A stretch of 63,701 bases of DNA, filler included, from 10 parts of 10 records of this genome joined end to end with filler, not necessarily neighbours in it, one strand, 5' to 3'; shown: positions 34,446 to 44,252, counted from the first letter of the whole stretch. A program made the numbers and translations. The notes: generated from the sequence alone by a model not told the origin.

Positions 34446-34600
34446 AACTCCCTCCCATCGCCATATCCTTGCAAGATACAACAGTAGCAAAGGGGTACTA
34501 TTGCATATTGCATCGTTACACACAATCCCATTATCCCCCTTTTTATTATTCTCTTGCGGCCTGCAAGCCAATTTTATCCGAATCCGATCTGGGTCTGTCC

Positions 34601-34616
34601 TGGCATACCTGTTGCT
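34601..34616 (+). promoter_or_regulatory. Sigma54 promoter of the NifB/NifX-Mrp operon
   Basis: TGGCATACCTGTTGCT, near consensus; TATTGCATATTGC at 34499-34511. Confidence 0.8.
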
Positions 34617-34627
34617 GAACCAACGCC

Positions 34628-35017
34628 ATGCGTATTGCCGTATCACAATGGAACGGTCGTGTATCGCCGGTCTTCGACGTCGCCGAGCGGCTTCTGCTCG
34701 TCGATATCGCCGATAAAGGTGAGATCGATCATGATATTACCCGGCGTGAGGTCAACCGGGAAAGCGTCTATTTGACCAGCGCGGAGCCGTTCGGCCGCAT
34801 CAGTGAGCTCTCCCGCATCGGTGCCGATGTCCTGATCTGCGGTGCGATCAGCTTTGCCCTGGAAAATGCACTCAGGCAGGCAGGCATACGGGTGATCGGT
34901 TTTACCTGCGGAGAACTGAATGCCGTCGTCGATGCCTTCCAAGAGGGCTGCCTTGAAGATGAGTGTTTTCGCATGCCCGGCCAAAAGGCGACTCATGGGA
35001 GTTGGGATTCGAATTGA
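34628..35017 (+). CDS. NifB/NifX-family protein (orange-protein-cluster type)
   Basis: MRIAVSQWNGRVSPVFDVA, DVLICGAIS, FRMPG. Confidence 0.85.
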   Translation: MRIAVSQWNGRVSPVFDVAERLLLVDIADKGEIDHDITRREVNRESVYLTSAEPFGRISELSRIGADVLICGAISFALENALRQAGIRVIGFTCGELNAVVDAFQEGCLEDECFRMPGQKATHGSWDSN

Positions 35018-35063
35018 CCAGGCTCACAAAGGTTAACCAATGACAAGGTACCCATTATAATAG

Positions 35064-36014
35064 ATGGAGAGTGAAGACGTGACACAACAAAATCGGAAAA
35101 CGACACCCGAAAAAAAGAGTAAGGCGCCTGGATGCAGCAGTTGCACCGAAAAGAGCTGCAACGCAAAAAATCGTCAAGACGGGGAGAGTGACCAGGACTT
35201 TGAAGATCGCCAAAAGCTGCAATCCCGCCTCTGCCGTATCGACCGCAAAATCGTGGTGCTCTCGGGAAAGGGCGGGGTGGGCAAAAGTACCATGGCCGTC
35301 AACCTGGCCATGGCGCTGGTAATGGCCGGTAAGCGCGTCGGCCTTCTGGACGTTGATATCCATGGCCCCAGCGTACCGACCATGCTGGGCCTCGAACAGC
35401 AATCGGTGCAGGGCGATGGAGAGAGCCTCTTTCCGGTGGATGTGCGGGGGTTGAAAGTGATGAGTCCCGGATTCTTTCTGCGCAAACAAGAGGATGCCAT
35501 CATCTGGCGCGGCCCGATGAAAATGATCGCCATCAAACAGTTTCTCAAGGACGTGGCCTGGGGAGACCTGGACTATCTGGTGATCGACTCCCCGGGGACC
35601 GGCGATGAACCGCTGTCGGTCTGTCAACTGATCGGCCGACTCGACGGTGCCGTCATCGTTACCACGCCCCAGAAGGTGGCTGCGGTAGATGTTCGCAAAT
35701 CGGTCACCTTCTGCCGCCAGTTGAACGTACCGGTCCTGGGGATCGTGGAGAACATGAGCGGGTTTGCCTGCCCAAAATGCGGCGAAGTGACCCATATTTT
35801 CTCCACAGGCGGCGGACAGAGCATCTCCAACGGCATGCAGGTGCCGTTTCTGGGGGCTATTCCCATAGATCCGCAGATTGCCATGGCTTGCGACAGCGGC
35901 CAATCCTTTGTATACACTTACATCACCTCGCCGACGGCTGCAGTGATGCAAGAAATTGTGGCGAAGATACGCTTTCCGGACCAGGCTGATCTAACCAAGA
36001 AAAAGGCTGTTTAG
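35064..36014 (+). CDS. Mrp/NBP35 Fe-S cluster carrier ATPase
   Basis: SGKGGVGKST, DVDIHGPS, WRGPMK, ENMSGFACPKC. Confidence 0.95.
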   Translation: MESEDVTQQNRKTTPEKKSKAPGCSSCTEKSCNAKNRQDGESDQDFEDRQKLQSRLCRIDRKIVVLSGKGGVGKSTMAVNLAMALVMAGKRVGLLDVDIHGPSVPTMLGLEQQSVQGDGESLFPVDVRGLKVMSPGFFLRKQEDAIIWRGPMKMIAIKQFLKDVAWGDLDYLVIDSPGTGDEPLSVCQLIGRLDGAVIVTTPQKVAAVDVRKSVTFCRQLNVPVLGIVENMSGFACPKCGEVTHIFSTGGGQSISNGMQVPFLGAIPIDPQIAMACDSGQSFVYTYITSPTAAVMQEIVAKIRFPDQADLTKKKAV

Positions 36015-36026
36015 CAGAAAGATGCC

Positions 36027-36614
36027 ATGGTCGAAGGTAGCCCTGCAATCGAACCAAGGATCGAAGATATTGACCATTTGCCGGGTAGTCAGCCATTGCG
36101 GATCATCCTCGGCGCGGGTGATCAGTCCTGGCCGGGTTGGATCGCCACCGGCAGGGAGACCCTTAACCTGTTGCGCCCCGACCAATGGGCATCGGTTCTC
36201 AAAGGACGCCAGGTAGATGCTTTTTTATGCGAACATGTCTGGGAACATCTAACCGAATATCAAGGCCGGGAAGCAGCAGCCCTCTGCTTTCGTTGGCTCA
36301 AACCGGGTGGATACCTGCGCTGCGCAGTTCCGGATGGCAATTTCCCAAACCCGGAATACAGGCAAAAAGCCCAGATAGGCGGACCGGCAGGTCATAGAGT
36401 GCTGTACGACCATCAACGGCTCTCCGAATTATTTGAACGGGAGGGGTTTCAGGTCGATCTTCTGGAATACTGTGATGAGGACGGACGCTTCCATTTCCAC
36501 CAGTGGGACATCGACGATGGCCCGGTTTACCGCTCCTTGCGGATGGATCACCGCAACCAGGAGGGCCGGATCAACAACGTGTCATTGATTCTGGACGCAC
36601 ATAAACCAAAATAG
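36027..36614 (+). CDS. SAM-dependent methyltransferase-like protein
   Basis: IILGAG, EHVWEHL, LKPGGYLRCAVPD. Confidence 0.8.
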   Translation: MVEGSPAIEPRIEDIDHLPGSQPLRIILGAGDQSWPGWIATGRETLNLLRPDQWASVLKGRQVDAFLCEHVWEHLTEYQGREAAALCFRWLKPGGYLRCAVPDGNFPNPEYRQKAQIGGPAGHRVLYDHQRLSELFEREGFQVDLLEYCDEDGRFHFHQWDIDDGPVYRSLRMDHRNQEGRINNVSLILDAHKPK

Positions 36615-36630
36615 AAAGGAGATCACAAAC

Positions 36631-36929
36631 ATGGCGAAAATGACCGAACGCATGCAGGAGCTCTTCAAAAAGGTTCCCGCCGCTGTACTGACAACGGCAA
36701 CACTGGACGGCACGCCCAATGCGGTGCCGGTTGGAGCGAAAAAAATTATCGATGACGAAACGATCCTCATCTCCGATCAATTCCTCAACAAGACCCTCTC
36801 CAACATGAAGAGCAATCCCAAAGTGGCGGTCACCTTCTGGGAGGGGCACGAAGGCTATCAACTGAAGGGGAGCATCACCATCGAAACCAGTGGTGCGCGC
36901 TTTGAAGAAACGGCCAAGTGGATAGATGA
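36631..36929 (+). CDS. Pyridoxamine 5'-phosphate oxidase family FMN-binding protein, truncated
   Basis: DGTPNAVP, DQFLNKTLSNMKSNPKV, GYQLKG. Confidence 0.85.
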
Positions 36930-37038
36930 NNNNNNNNNNNNNNNNNNNNNNNNNNNNNNNNNNNNNNNNNNNNTTAATTAATTAANNNNNNNNNNNNNNN
37001 NNNNNNNNNNNNNNNNNNNNNNNNNNNNNGAGGCAAGT

Positions 37039-38391
37039 ATGGCTGAAAAAATCATCATGCCGAAAACAGGCATGGCCATGGAAGAGGGAGTCATCATCGA
37101 ATGGCTTAAAAATGAGGGTGATGTGATTGCCCAGGGCGATGTGGTTGCGGAAATCGAGACCGACAAGTCGACAATGGAGCTTGAATCCGATTATTCCGGA
37201 ACCCTTTTAAAGATACTGTATCCTGCGGGAACGACTGTTCCTGTTGTAAAGACTATAGCCTGGATAGGTGAACCGGGAGAAGATTTACCCGAAGAGGAAC
37301 CTGCCGGGGCGGCTGCCGCACCCCAAAACAATGATACCGCGGCAGAAAGGGCCGGATCGGAGGCGTCTGCCGCGACAGATCCGGCTGTTTTTGCTCCTGC
37401 AACGGCAGGTACGGCCGTCGATGCCGACGGGAAAGTCAAGGCCACCCCTGCGGCCAGACGGGCGGCGGGAGAGCGGAACATCAGTCTCGGGACAGTTGCT
37501 CCTACCGGCAGGCAGGGCGAGATCCGGGAACGGGATGTGATGGCGGTGAAAGAAGCGGCCGCCACACCTCTGGCCTCCCGTATTGCGGCGGAGCAGGGAA
37601 TTCCTCTCTCTGAAGTAGCCGGGTCCGGCCACGGCGGGAAGATATTCAAGGCCGATCTGTCGGCTTTGACCGGTGTTTCCCGGGCGGTCGAGGAGGATTT
37701 TGTCCCCGATTACGAGGATAAGTACGTTCCACTCACCCAGATCCAGAAAATTACCGGCAAACGGATGTTCCAGAGCCATTCGGAGATCCCCGTGGTCACC
37801 GAGAACGCAAAGGCCGATGTGACTGACCTTCTTGAGATCCGGAAGAGTCTGAACGACTCTCTGGGAGCAAAGATCTCCATCAATGACTTCGTCATGCTGG
37901 CCGCGGCCCGTGCCTTAAGGATGAATCCCCGGATGAACTCTCAGCTGGAGGGGGACAGAATCCTCTACAAGGGACGGATCAACCTGGGAATGGCTGTTGC
38001 GAGTCCCCGGGGACTTGTCGTTCCTGTTATCAACGATGCCGATACCTATTCGATCACCGGATTTGCCGCTGCTGCTAAAGCGATGGCCGAGAAGGGGAGG
38101 GCAGGGAAACTCGCTTCCGGAGATATGGAAGAGGGGACTTTCACCGTCTCCAACGTCGGGATGTACGGGATAACCTCCTTCACCCCGATCATCAATCAGC
38201 CCCAGGCGGGGATCCTCGGGGTCTGTGCTATCGAGGATAAACTGATGATGAGTGATGAGGTGATCGAGAACCGGAAAATCATGGGCCTGAGTCTGACCTT
38301 CGATCATCGGGTCGTGGATGGAGCCGAGGCGGCCCTTTACATGAAAACCCTGATCGATTTCCTCGAAGCTCCCCTGACGATTCTGGCCTAA
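37039..38391 (+). CDS. Dihydrolipoamide acyltransferase (E2) of an acetoin/2-oxoacid dehydrogenase complex
   Basis: Lipoyl domain EIETDKS, two E3-binding domains, catalytic FDHRVVDG. Confidence 0.93.
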   Translation: MAEKIIMPKTGMAMEEGVIIEWLKNEGDVIAQGDVVAEIETDKSTMELESDYSGTLLKILYPAGTTVPVVKTIAWIGEPGEDLPEEEPAGAAAAPQNNDTAAERAGSEASAATDPAVFAPATAGTAVDADGKVKATPAARRAAGERNISLGTVAPTGRQGEIRERDVMAVKEAAATPLASRIAAEQGIPLSEVAGSGHGGKIFKADLSALTGVSRAVEEDFVPDYEDKYVPLTQIQKITGKRMFQSHSEIPVVTENAKADVTDLLEIRKSLNDSLGAKISINDFVMLAAARALRMNPRMNSQLEGDRILYKGRINLGMAVASPRGLVVPVINDADTYSITGFAAAAKAMAEKGRAGKLASGDMEEGTFTVSNVGMYGITSFTPIINQPQAGILGVCAIEDKLMMSDEVIENRKIMGLSLTFDHRVVDGAEAALYMKTLIDFLEAPLTILA

Positions 38392-38401
38392 GGAGCGGTA
38401 A

Positions 38402-39829
38402 ATGGCAGAAAAAACTTATGATGTTGTAGTTATCGGCGGGGGACCCGCCGGATATGTGGCGGCCATCAAGGCCGCCCGTGAGGGGGCCGTGACCGCCGTT
38501 GTGGAGAAGGATGTCCTCGGAGGCACCTGTCTCAACCGGGGGTGCATTCCCACCAAGAATTTCCTGAAGAGCGCCGAGTTTATCTACGAGATGGCCGAGG
38601 CGAAGGGCCGGGGCATTATGCTCGCCGACGAATCTTTTACAATGGATATGGGAAAGGCGGTCAAAAACAAGAACCGGGTGGTGAAGAAGCTGACCGGCGG
38701 CGTGGGAACGCTTTTAAAAGCCAACGGTGTTGATGTTTTCAAAGGCACAGGCCGGGCCCTCTCTGCTTCCCGGGTGCTTGTCACCGGAGCCGAAGGAGAA
38801 CAGCAGCTTTCTACGAAGACTGTTATTCTCGCCGGCGGCTCAGAGGCGGCGAAACTGCCGATTCCCGGGGCTGAAAGCGCCCTGGTACTGACCAGTGACG
38901 AGATCCTCAATCTGGATGCGGTTCCCGAACGGCTTGCCATTGTCGGAGGCGGTGTGATTGGGGTCGAGATGGCTATGGTTTTTTCCGCCTTCGGCAGCAA
39001 AGTCTTGATTGTGGAGCTTGAAAAGCGGGTCCTTCCCTTCATGGATGAAGAGACCGCCGGGGTGATTCAGAAATCCCTTGTCAAAAAGGGAATTGATGTC
39101 CGGACCGGAGTGAAACTCTCCCGTTTTGAGGAGTCCGAAGGTGGAATTCGTCTTTTTCTGGAAGATGGAACCGCTCTGGATGCGGATAAAGCCCTCTTTT
39201 CGATCGGACGCCGCTCGGACCTTTCCTGTGTGGAGGGGCTTGAGATTGAGTCCGAAAGGGGCAAGATCTCTGTCAATGAGGAAATGGAGAGTTCAATCCC
39301 CGGGATCTACGCCCCGGGTGATATCAATGGCCGGAAGATGCTGGCCCACGCGGCTTTTAAGATGGGTGAAACCGCTGCCGTCAACGCCGCTCGCCGGGCG
39401 GGTGTGAAAGGAGACGGGAGCGCCGCTGGGAAGGTAAAAGCCGAGATGAAGTACGTTCCTTCAGTGGTCTACTCCATCCCCGAAGCCGCTGCTGTCGGGC
39501 TGACCGAGGCGGAAGCCGGTGAATCCTTTGAAATCGCAGTCGGGCGCTTCCCCCTTGCTGCCAACGGCCGGGCTCTGGCCTCCGGCGTTCCGGAGGGTTT
39601 TGTTAAAGTGATTGCCGATGCGAAATATGGTGAGATTCTCGGTGTTCATATTGCCGGTCACGGTGCGTCGGAGATTATTAACGAGGCGGCCGCCCTGATG
39701 GCCATGGAGATTACGGTCCATGAGGTTGCGGAGATCGTTCACGGTCATCCGACAATCTCCGAAGCCTTTATGGAGGCGGCAGCTGATTGTCTGGGTGCCT
39801 GTATTCATTTGCCACCGGCGGTTAAATAG
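38402..39829 (+). CDS. lpdA: Dihydrolipoyl dehydrogenase (E3)
   Basis: GGGPAGY, GGTCLNRGCIPTK, LAHAA, HPTISE. Confidence 0.96.
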   Translation: MAEKTYDVVVIGGGPAGYVAAIKAAREGAVTAVVEKDVLGGTCLNRGCIPTKNFLKSAEFIYEMAEAKGRGIMLADESFTMDMGKAVKNKNRVVKKLTGGVGTLLKANGVDVFKGTGRALSASRVLVTGAEGEQQLSTKTVILAGGSEAAKLPIPGAESALVLTSDEILNLDAVPERLAIVGGGVIGVEMAMVFSAFGSKVLIVELEKRVLPFMDEETAGVIQKSLVKKGIDVRTGVKLSRFEESEGGIRLFLEDGTALDADKALFSIGRRSDLSCVEGLEIESERGKISVNEEMESSIPGIYAPGDINGRKMLAHAAFKMGETAAVNAARRAGVKGDGSAAGKVKAEMKYVPSVVYSIPEAAAVGLTEAEAGESFEIAVGRFPLAANGRALASGVPEGFVKVIADAKYGEILGVHIAGHGASEIINEAAALMAMEITVHEVAEIVHGHPTISEAFMEAAADCLGACIHLPPAVK

Positions 39830-39868
39830 GGTAAAATCATGAACTGTTGAGCTTAATAAGAGGGGATT

Positions 39869-40804
39869 ATGCAGCGGAGCCGGGAATTTTTAATCGAGAT
39901 TGCCAGAAAATATTATATCGATGAAATGTCTCAGATGGAGATAGGAAAAGAGTATAAACTCTCCCGGCCGACTGTGTCCAATATCCTGAAGCAGTGTCGG
40001 GAAGAAGGAATTGTGGAGATCCGGATCAAAGAGAGCTCTGCCTTCTCCCGGGAACTTTCCAACAGGCTGAAGAATCGATTCGGTATCGGCGAGGTTTGTA
40101 TCGTCCCTTCCAGCGGGGATCCCTCTGGCGTTCTTGCCCGGGCGGGACGAGAGGCCGGCACCTTTGCCGCCACAGCCATCCGGGACGGGATGAACGTAGG
40201 AATGGCCTGGGGGACATCCCTCTTCCAGATGGTTCACAATATGACCCATCTGGATGTTATCGATACCAGTGTTGTGCAACTTATGGGCGGTCTGGGGGCC
40301 AGTAATCCCCAGTACGACGGCTCAGACCTCTCCAGGGAGCTCTCAAAGCTCCTGAACGCCCGTTATTATCCCCTCCAATGCCCTGTCCTTGTTCAGAGCC
40401 CTGAAGTCAAGCAGATGCTCACATCAGAAAAAAGTATCAGCGAGTCTCTTCGGAGGACCGAGGATCTGGATATTGCCTTTGTCGGTCTCTCTTCCAATAA
40501 TCCGGAAAGTTCCGCTCTGGTCAAAGCCGGTTTTATGACCCGGGAAGAGGCGGAGGAGACCATTGCCGCCGGGGCTGTCGGCCATGTTTGCGGATACTCC
40601 TACGACAATGAGGGACAACTGCTCGACCTTCCTATCAACAACAGGATCATCGGTATTCGATTTGATTCTCTGAAAAGAATACCGGAAAGGGTGGGGATCG
40701 CCTGCGGATCGGAGAAGGCCGATGCGATAAAAGCCGCCCTTTCGGCGGGACTTTTGACAAGCCTTATTACCGATGAGTCGGCGGCCCTTCGCATTCTAAG
40801 CTGA
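39869..40804 (+). CDS. SorC/DeoR-family sugar-binding regulator
   Basis: YYIDEMSQMEI...SRPTVS HTH; GMAWGTS; LITDE. Confidence 0.92.
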   Translation: MQRSREFLIEIARKYYIDEMSQMEIGKEYKLSRPTVSNILKQCREEGIVEIRIKESSAFSRELSNRLKNRFGIGEVCIVPSSGDPSGVLARAGREAGTFAATAIRDGMNVGMAWGTSLFQMVHNMTHLDVIDTSVVQLMGGLGASNPQYDGSDLSRELSKLLNARYYPLQCPVLVQSPEVKQMLTSEKSISESLRRTEDLDIAFVGLSSNNPESSALVKAGFMTREEAEETIAAGAVGHVCGYSYDNEGQLLDLPINNRIIGIRFDSLKRIPERVGIACGSEKADAIKAALSAGLLTSLITDESAALRILS

Positions 40805-41000
40805 ATTTCCTGAACAAAAGATTATAAAACATTTTCAACCGGTCTTTAATCCGGGAGTTTCTCTTCAACCGTATTACTGATTCTTTTAAATTTTCGCCTC
40901 TCTCGCTATCCCCCTAATTTCTTGTATGTACATGATTTATTCATACCTCAATTCTTTGATAATTTTATATCGATAAAAAAACGTAAAAATGTTTTTTGTG

Positions 41001-41091
41001 TTTTTTACAAATGTAAAAAAAAACTTGACAGAAATGTAATAACAAGTTAATATTGATACAACAATGTGAATTGCTATTCACGAATGTGAAT
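41001..41091 (+). promoter_or_regulatory. Sigma70 promoter flanked by palindromic operator candidates
   Basis: TTGACA (41025) - 17 nt - TAATAT; TTTTTTACA-AA-TGTAAAAAA 41001-41020; ATTCAC-GAAT-GTGAAT 41076-41091. Confidence 0.7.
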
Positions 41092-41109
41092 TTGAAAAAC
41101 GGAGGAGAC

Positions 41110-42063
41110 ATGGACAGCCACAGGAAAGATATTCTTGCCCAGGTTGCCGTCTGGTACTACGAAGACGGTATGAACCAGGATGAAATCGGCAAGCTTATCG
41201 GAAAGTCCCGGTCCATGGTTTCCAGGATGCTCAATGAGGTGAGGGAACTCGGTCTTATTGAGGTGAAGGTGAAATACCCACTGAAAAGGAACAGACAGCT
41301 TGAAGAGCTTGCAAGGATTAAGTTCGGACTGAAGGATGTCCGGATTGTCAATTCCGAAAGCCTGGTCAATCAGGATATGGTGGCCAAGATGGTGGGTAAA
41401 CTCTCGGGCCGTTGTGTTGTTGATTACCTTAAACCGGGAATCAAGATTGGAATCGGATGGTCCAGAACCATCTATTCAACCCTGAGGAATATTCCGGAGA
41501 TGAAGATAAGCGGATCCGAGGTCGTTCAGCTCTCAGGCTCGGTTCAACTGAATGCTCCGGAGTTCGACGGTGTGGATATGACGAGGAAGCTGGCACGGAA
41601 ACTGGACGCAGACTACTACTACTTTCCGGCCCCCCTGGCTGTCAGTAATCGGGAGATGAAGGACAGTCTTATGAATGAGAAGGCCATCAGCATTGCGATG
41701 GAGAAAGCCGCCCAGGTAGACCTGGCCATCGTCGGTATAGGAAATGTCGTCAGCCAGAATTCCGGTCTGATGGACGGAGGGCTGATAGACCCAGCTTCAC
41801 TGGAGGATCTCGAACGTCATAATCCTGCGGGAGATATCCTGGCCTGTCAGATCGGGCATAATGGTGAGGTCCTTGATGCGGTCTTAAATGAAAGAGTCAT
41901 CGGGCTCCAGCTTGATGAGCTTAAAAAGATAGAATCGGTAATCGCGGTGAGTACGGGGCCGGAAAAAATAGTTCCTATACACGCGGCAATCAAAGGCGGC
42001 TGGATCAATATTCTGGTCAGTGATGATAGAACCATGGAGGCTGTCCTGGCAATGGACAGCTGA
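41110..42063 (+). CDS. SorC/DeoR-family sugar-binding regulator
   Basis: WYYEDGMNQDEI...SRSMVSR; GIGWSRT; GGAGG RBS. Confidence 0.92.
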   Translation: MDSHRKDILAQVAVWYYEDGMNQDEIGKLIGKSRSMVSRMLNEVRELGLIEVKVKYPLKRNRQLEELARIKFGLKDVRIVNSESLVNQDMVAKMVGKLSGRCVVDYLKPGIKIGIGWSRTIYSTLRNIPEMKISGSEVVQLSGSVQLNAPEFDGVDMTRKLARKLDADYYYFPAPLAVSNREMKDSLMNEKAISIAMEKAAQVDLAIVGIGNVVSQNSGLMDGGLIDPASLEDLERHNPAGDILACQIGHNGEVLDAVLNERVIGLQLDELKKIESVIAVSTGPEKIVPIHAAIKGGWINILVSDDRTMEAVLAMDS

Positions 42064-42079
42064 CATACGGAGGTTATTT

Positions 42080-42505
42080 ATGTTGGAAAGATATGGTTGG
42101 CTGTTTCTGGCTGTAGCATTTATGTGGATTCTGCAGCTTATGCTCTCACTGTTTCAGACAAAGAGATTTTACGGTAAGTACCATGAACTGAAAAGGGATG
42201 GAGATACGTCAGCCATCGGGATAGCCGGCTCCAACTGGAAGCTTAAGGTCTATGCGATCCTCGTTGTGGATGGGGATCGAAAGATCGTTCATGCGGGGAA
42301 GCTTTCGGGATTCACTGTCTTTGCCGGGATGAAAAAGGTGGAGGGGCTTGAAGGCCGGCACCTTTCCGAACTGGAGCAGGACGGAGTCGGTGGTCTGAAT
42401 AAAAAACTGCTGACCGCTTTCCGGAATGCGGCGGAGTTTATCCATAACCACGATCGGAAACAGGAATCCCGGGAAGACGCGCTCTCCAACGAATCGGTTG
42501 TATAA
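42080..42505 (+). CDS. gutM: GutM/SrlM-family protein
   Basis: N-terminal TM with Q..L...Q..F, SGFTVFA; position upstream of srlA. Confidence 0.75.
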   Translation: MLERYGWLFLAVAFMWILQLMLSLFQTKRFYGKYHELKRDGDTSAIGIAGSNWKLKVYAILVVDGDRKIVHAGKLSGFTVFAGMKKVEGLEGRHLSELEQDGVGGLNKKLLTAFRNAAEFIHNHDRKQESREDALSNESVV

Positions 42506-42566
42506 GGTTGTCAAACCTGAAGTTTTCAGGTTTAAAAATATTCACTAACTTTCAAAGGAGTTATTT

Positions 42567-43092
42567 ATGGAAGGTTTAGCAAAATTTGCTGAAGGTTTTA
42601 TCGGTCTTTTTCAGGCTGGTGGAAATACCTTCATGGGACTGGTGACAGGAATCGTTCCCCTGCTTATCGTTCTGATGACTGCGGTTAACACATTGATCGC
42701 CCTCATCGGTCCCGAAAAGATTGAGAGAGTTGGAAAGTGGGCTGCCCGTGATGGTATCATTTTCTACCCCATCAGGTACATCCTTCTCCCCTTTCTTTCC
42801 GTTTTCTTTCTGACCAACCCGATGGCGTACACCATGGGACGGTTCCTGCCCGAAAAGTTCAAACCTGCTTTTTACGATTCGGCTGTATCCTATGTACACC
42901 CTCTGGGAATTTTTCCCCCATATCAACCCGGGTGAAATTTTCGTATGGTCCGGTATTGCTGCCGGTATCACCCAGCTGGGACTCGGCCTCGGTGACCTGG
43001 CCATCCGCTACCTGCTCGTTGGTCTGGTAGTCATTTTTATCCGCGGTATCGTGACCGAAAGAATCACTGCCATTATGTGGAAAAAGGCTTAA
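42567..43092 (+). CDS. srlA: PTS glucitol/sorbitol IIC component; frameshift in T5C5 run near 42910
   Basis: FIGLFQAGG, LTNPMAYT, FPHINPGEIFV, YLLVGL. Confidence 0.9.
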
Positions 43093-43108
43093 GGCTTAGG
43101 AGGAAAAT

Positions 43109-43653
43109 ATGGCAAACAAATTCACTGCTTTTTAGCAAAACTTGGAAAGGCCGTCGGCGGCGTTGTAGCTGCTCTTTATCAGGCCGGTCGAGATGCCGTT
43201 GATTCGGTTATCAAGAATGTAATTCCGTTCATGGCTTTTATCTCTTTGATCATCGGTATTGTTCTGGCTACCAACATTGGTACCTGGATCGCTGAAGGTC
43301 TTACAGGACTGGCCGGAAACATCGTCGGACTTCTTATTATGTCCGTTATCGTAGGTCTTCCGTTTCTCTCTCCCGTTCTGGGACCCGGTGCTGTTATCGC
43401 TCAGATTATCGGTACCCTGATTGGTGTGGAAATCGGACGGGGCAATATTGCTCCCCAGTTCGCTCTCCCCGCTCTCTTCGCCATCAACCCCCAGGTTGGT
43501 TGTGACTTTATCCCCGTTGGTCTTTCTCTTGGGGAAGCGGAACCAGAAACTGTTGAGATAGGTGTGCCCGCGGTTCTCTTTTCCAGAATGATCACCGGTC
43601 CCTTGGCAGTAGTACTTGCCTGGCTTGCCAGCGCCGGTCTCTACTCCAAATAA
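43109..43653 (+). CDS. PTS glucitol/sorbitol IIBC C-terminal membrane domain as a stand-alone gene; frameshift in T-run near 43130
   Basis: LGKAVGGVV, YQAGRD, LSPVLGPGAVIAQIIG, ALPALFAIN, GCDFIPVGLSL; own GGAGG RBS. Confidence 0.88.
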
Positions 43654-43667
43654 AGGGGGATGGTTGA

Positions 43668-44177
43668 ATGTCGTTCTGGAATAACGTAAAGAAAGCTCTT
43701 GTGGGCGATGCGCCCCAGGAGGAAGAACAGGAAAAGAAGGAAGCCGCTGCTGAAACAGCTGTAGAGGAAGCACCGGCTGCCGCCCCCGTGAAGAAACCTT
43801 CCGATGGAACATACAAGCGCTGTCGGGTTTCCCACGGCGCGAGAGGCTGGGGCGGCCCCCTGGAAATTGAACCGACTGCCGAAAAGAATTTGATCTATTC
43901 GGTAACCGGCGGTGGAATCCATCCTGTAGCTCAGCGTATTGCTGATGTCACCGGTGGACAACCATTCGATGGTTTTAAATCGAATGCCGAGTTTGATAAG
44001 ATTGCTGTTGCAGTTATTGACTGTGGTGGTACGGCCCGTGTCGGTGTTTATCCGATGAAGGGTGTTCTTACCGTCGACATTCACCCGACAACCCCGGCCG
44101 GACCTCTGGCCAGGTTTATCAAGGAAGACAACTTCTGCTCTGGTGTTAAAGAGACGGATGTTGAGCCTTTAGACTGA
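43668..44177 (+). CDS. PTS glucitol/sorbitol IIB domain (srlE N-terminal part) as a stand-alone gene
   Basis: GWGGPL, VTGGGIHPVA, VIDCGGTARVGVYP, GPLARFIKED. Confidence 0.88.
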   Translation: MSFWNNVKKALVGDAPQEEEQEKKEAAAETAVEEAPAAAPVKKPSDGTYKRCRVSHGARGWGGPLEIEPTAEKNLIYSVTGGGIHPVAQRIADVTGGQPFDGFKSNAEFDKIAVAVIDCGGTARVGVYPMKGVLTVDIHPTTPAGPLARFIKEDNFCSGVKETDVEPLD

Positions 44178-44184
44178 ATCTGAT

Positions 44185-44230
44185 AAGGGCCGGAATAGTG
44201 TTCCTCCGGGTGTGTTATCCGGCCCTTTTT
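44185..44230 (+). terminator. Intrinsic terminator-like hairpin
   Basis: AAGGGCCGGA...TCCGGCCCTT followed by T-run; large loop. Confidence 0.55.
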
Positions 44231-44252
44231 ATTAATGAGTAAGGAAGAATAG

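Noticed and set aside
35580-35605. Mrp motif DSPGTGD lacking one Pro of the usual DxPPGTGD
   Set aside because: Lies in a C/G run in error-prone data; cannot be distinguished from an artefact
31838-35951. Long antisense ORFs (31838..32845, 33906..34487, 35055..35951)
   Set aside because: Shadows of well-supported GC-rich genes on the opposite strand; no recognisable motifs
12660-43135. Frameshifts in transketolase, glycosyltransferase, yhaN-like, dtxR-like, srlA and srlE-C genes as pseudogenes or programmed frameshifting
   Set aside because: They fall in or beside homopolymer runs across several unrelated organisms, with both halves otherwise intact; typical of sequencing indels. Read mapping would settle it
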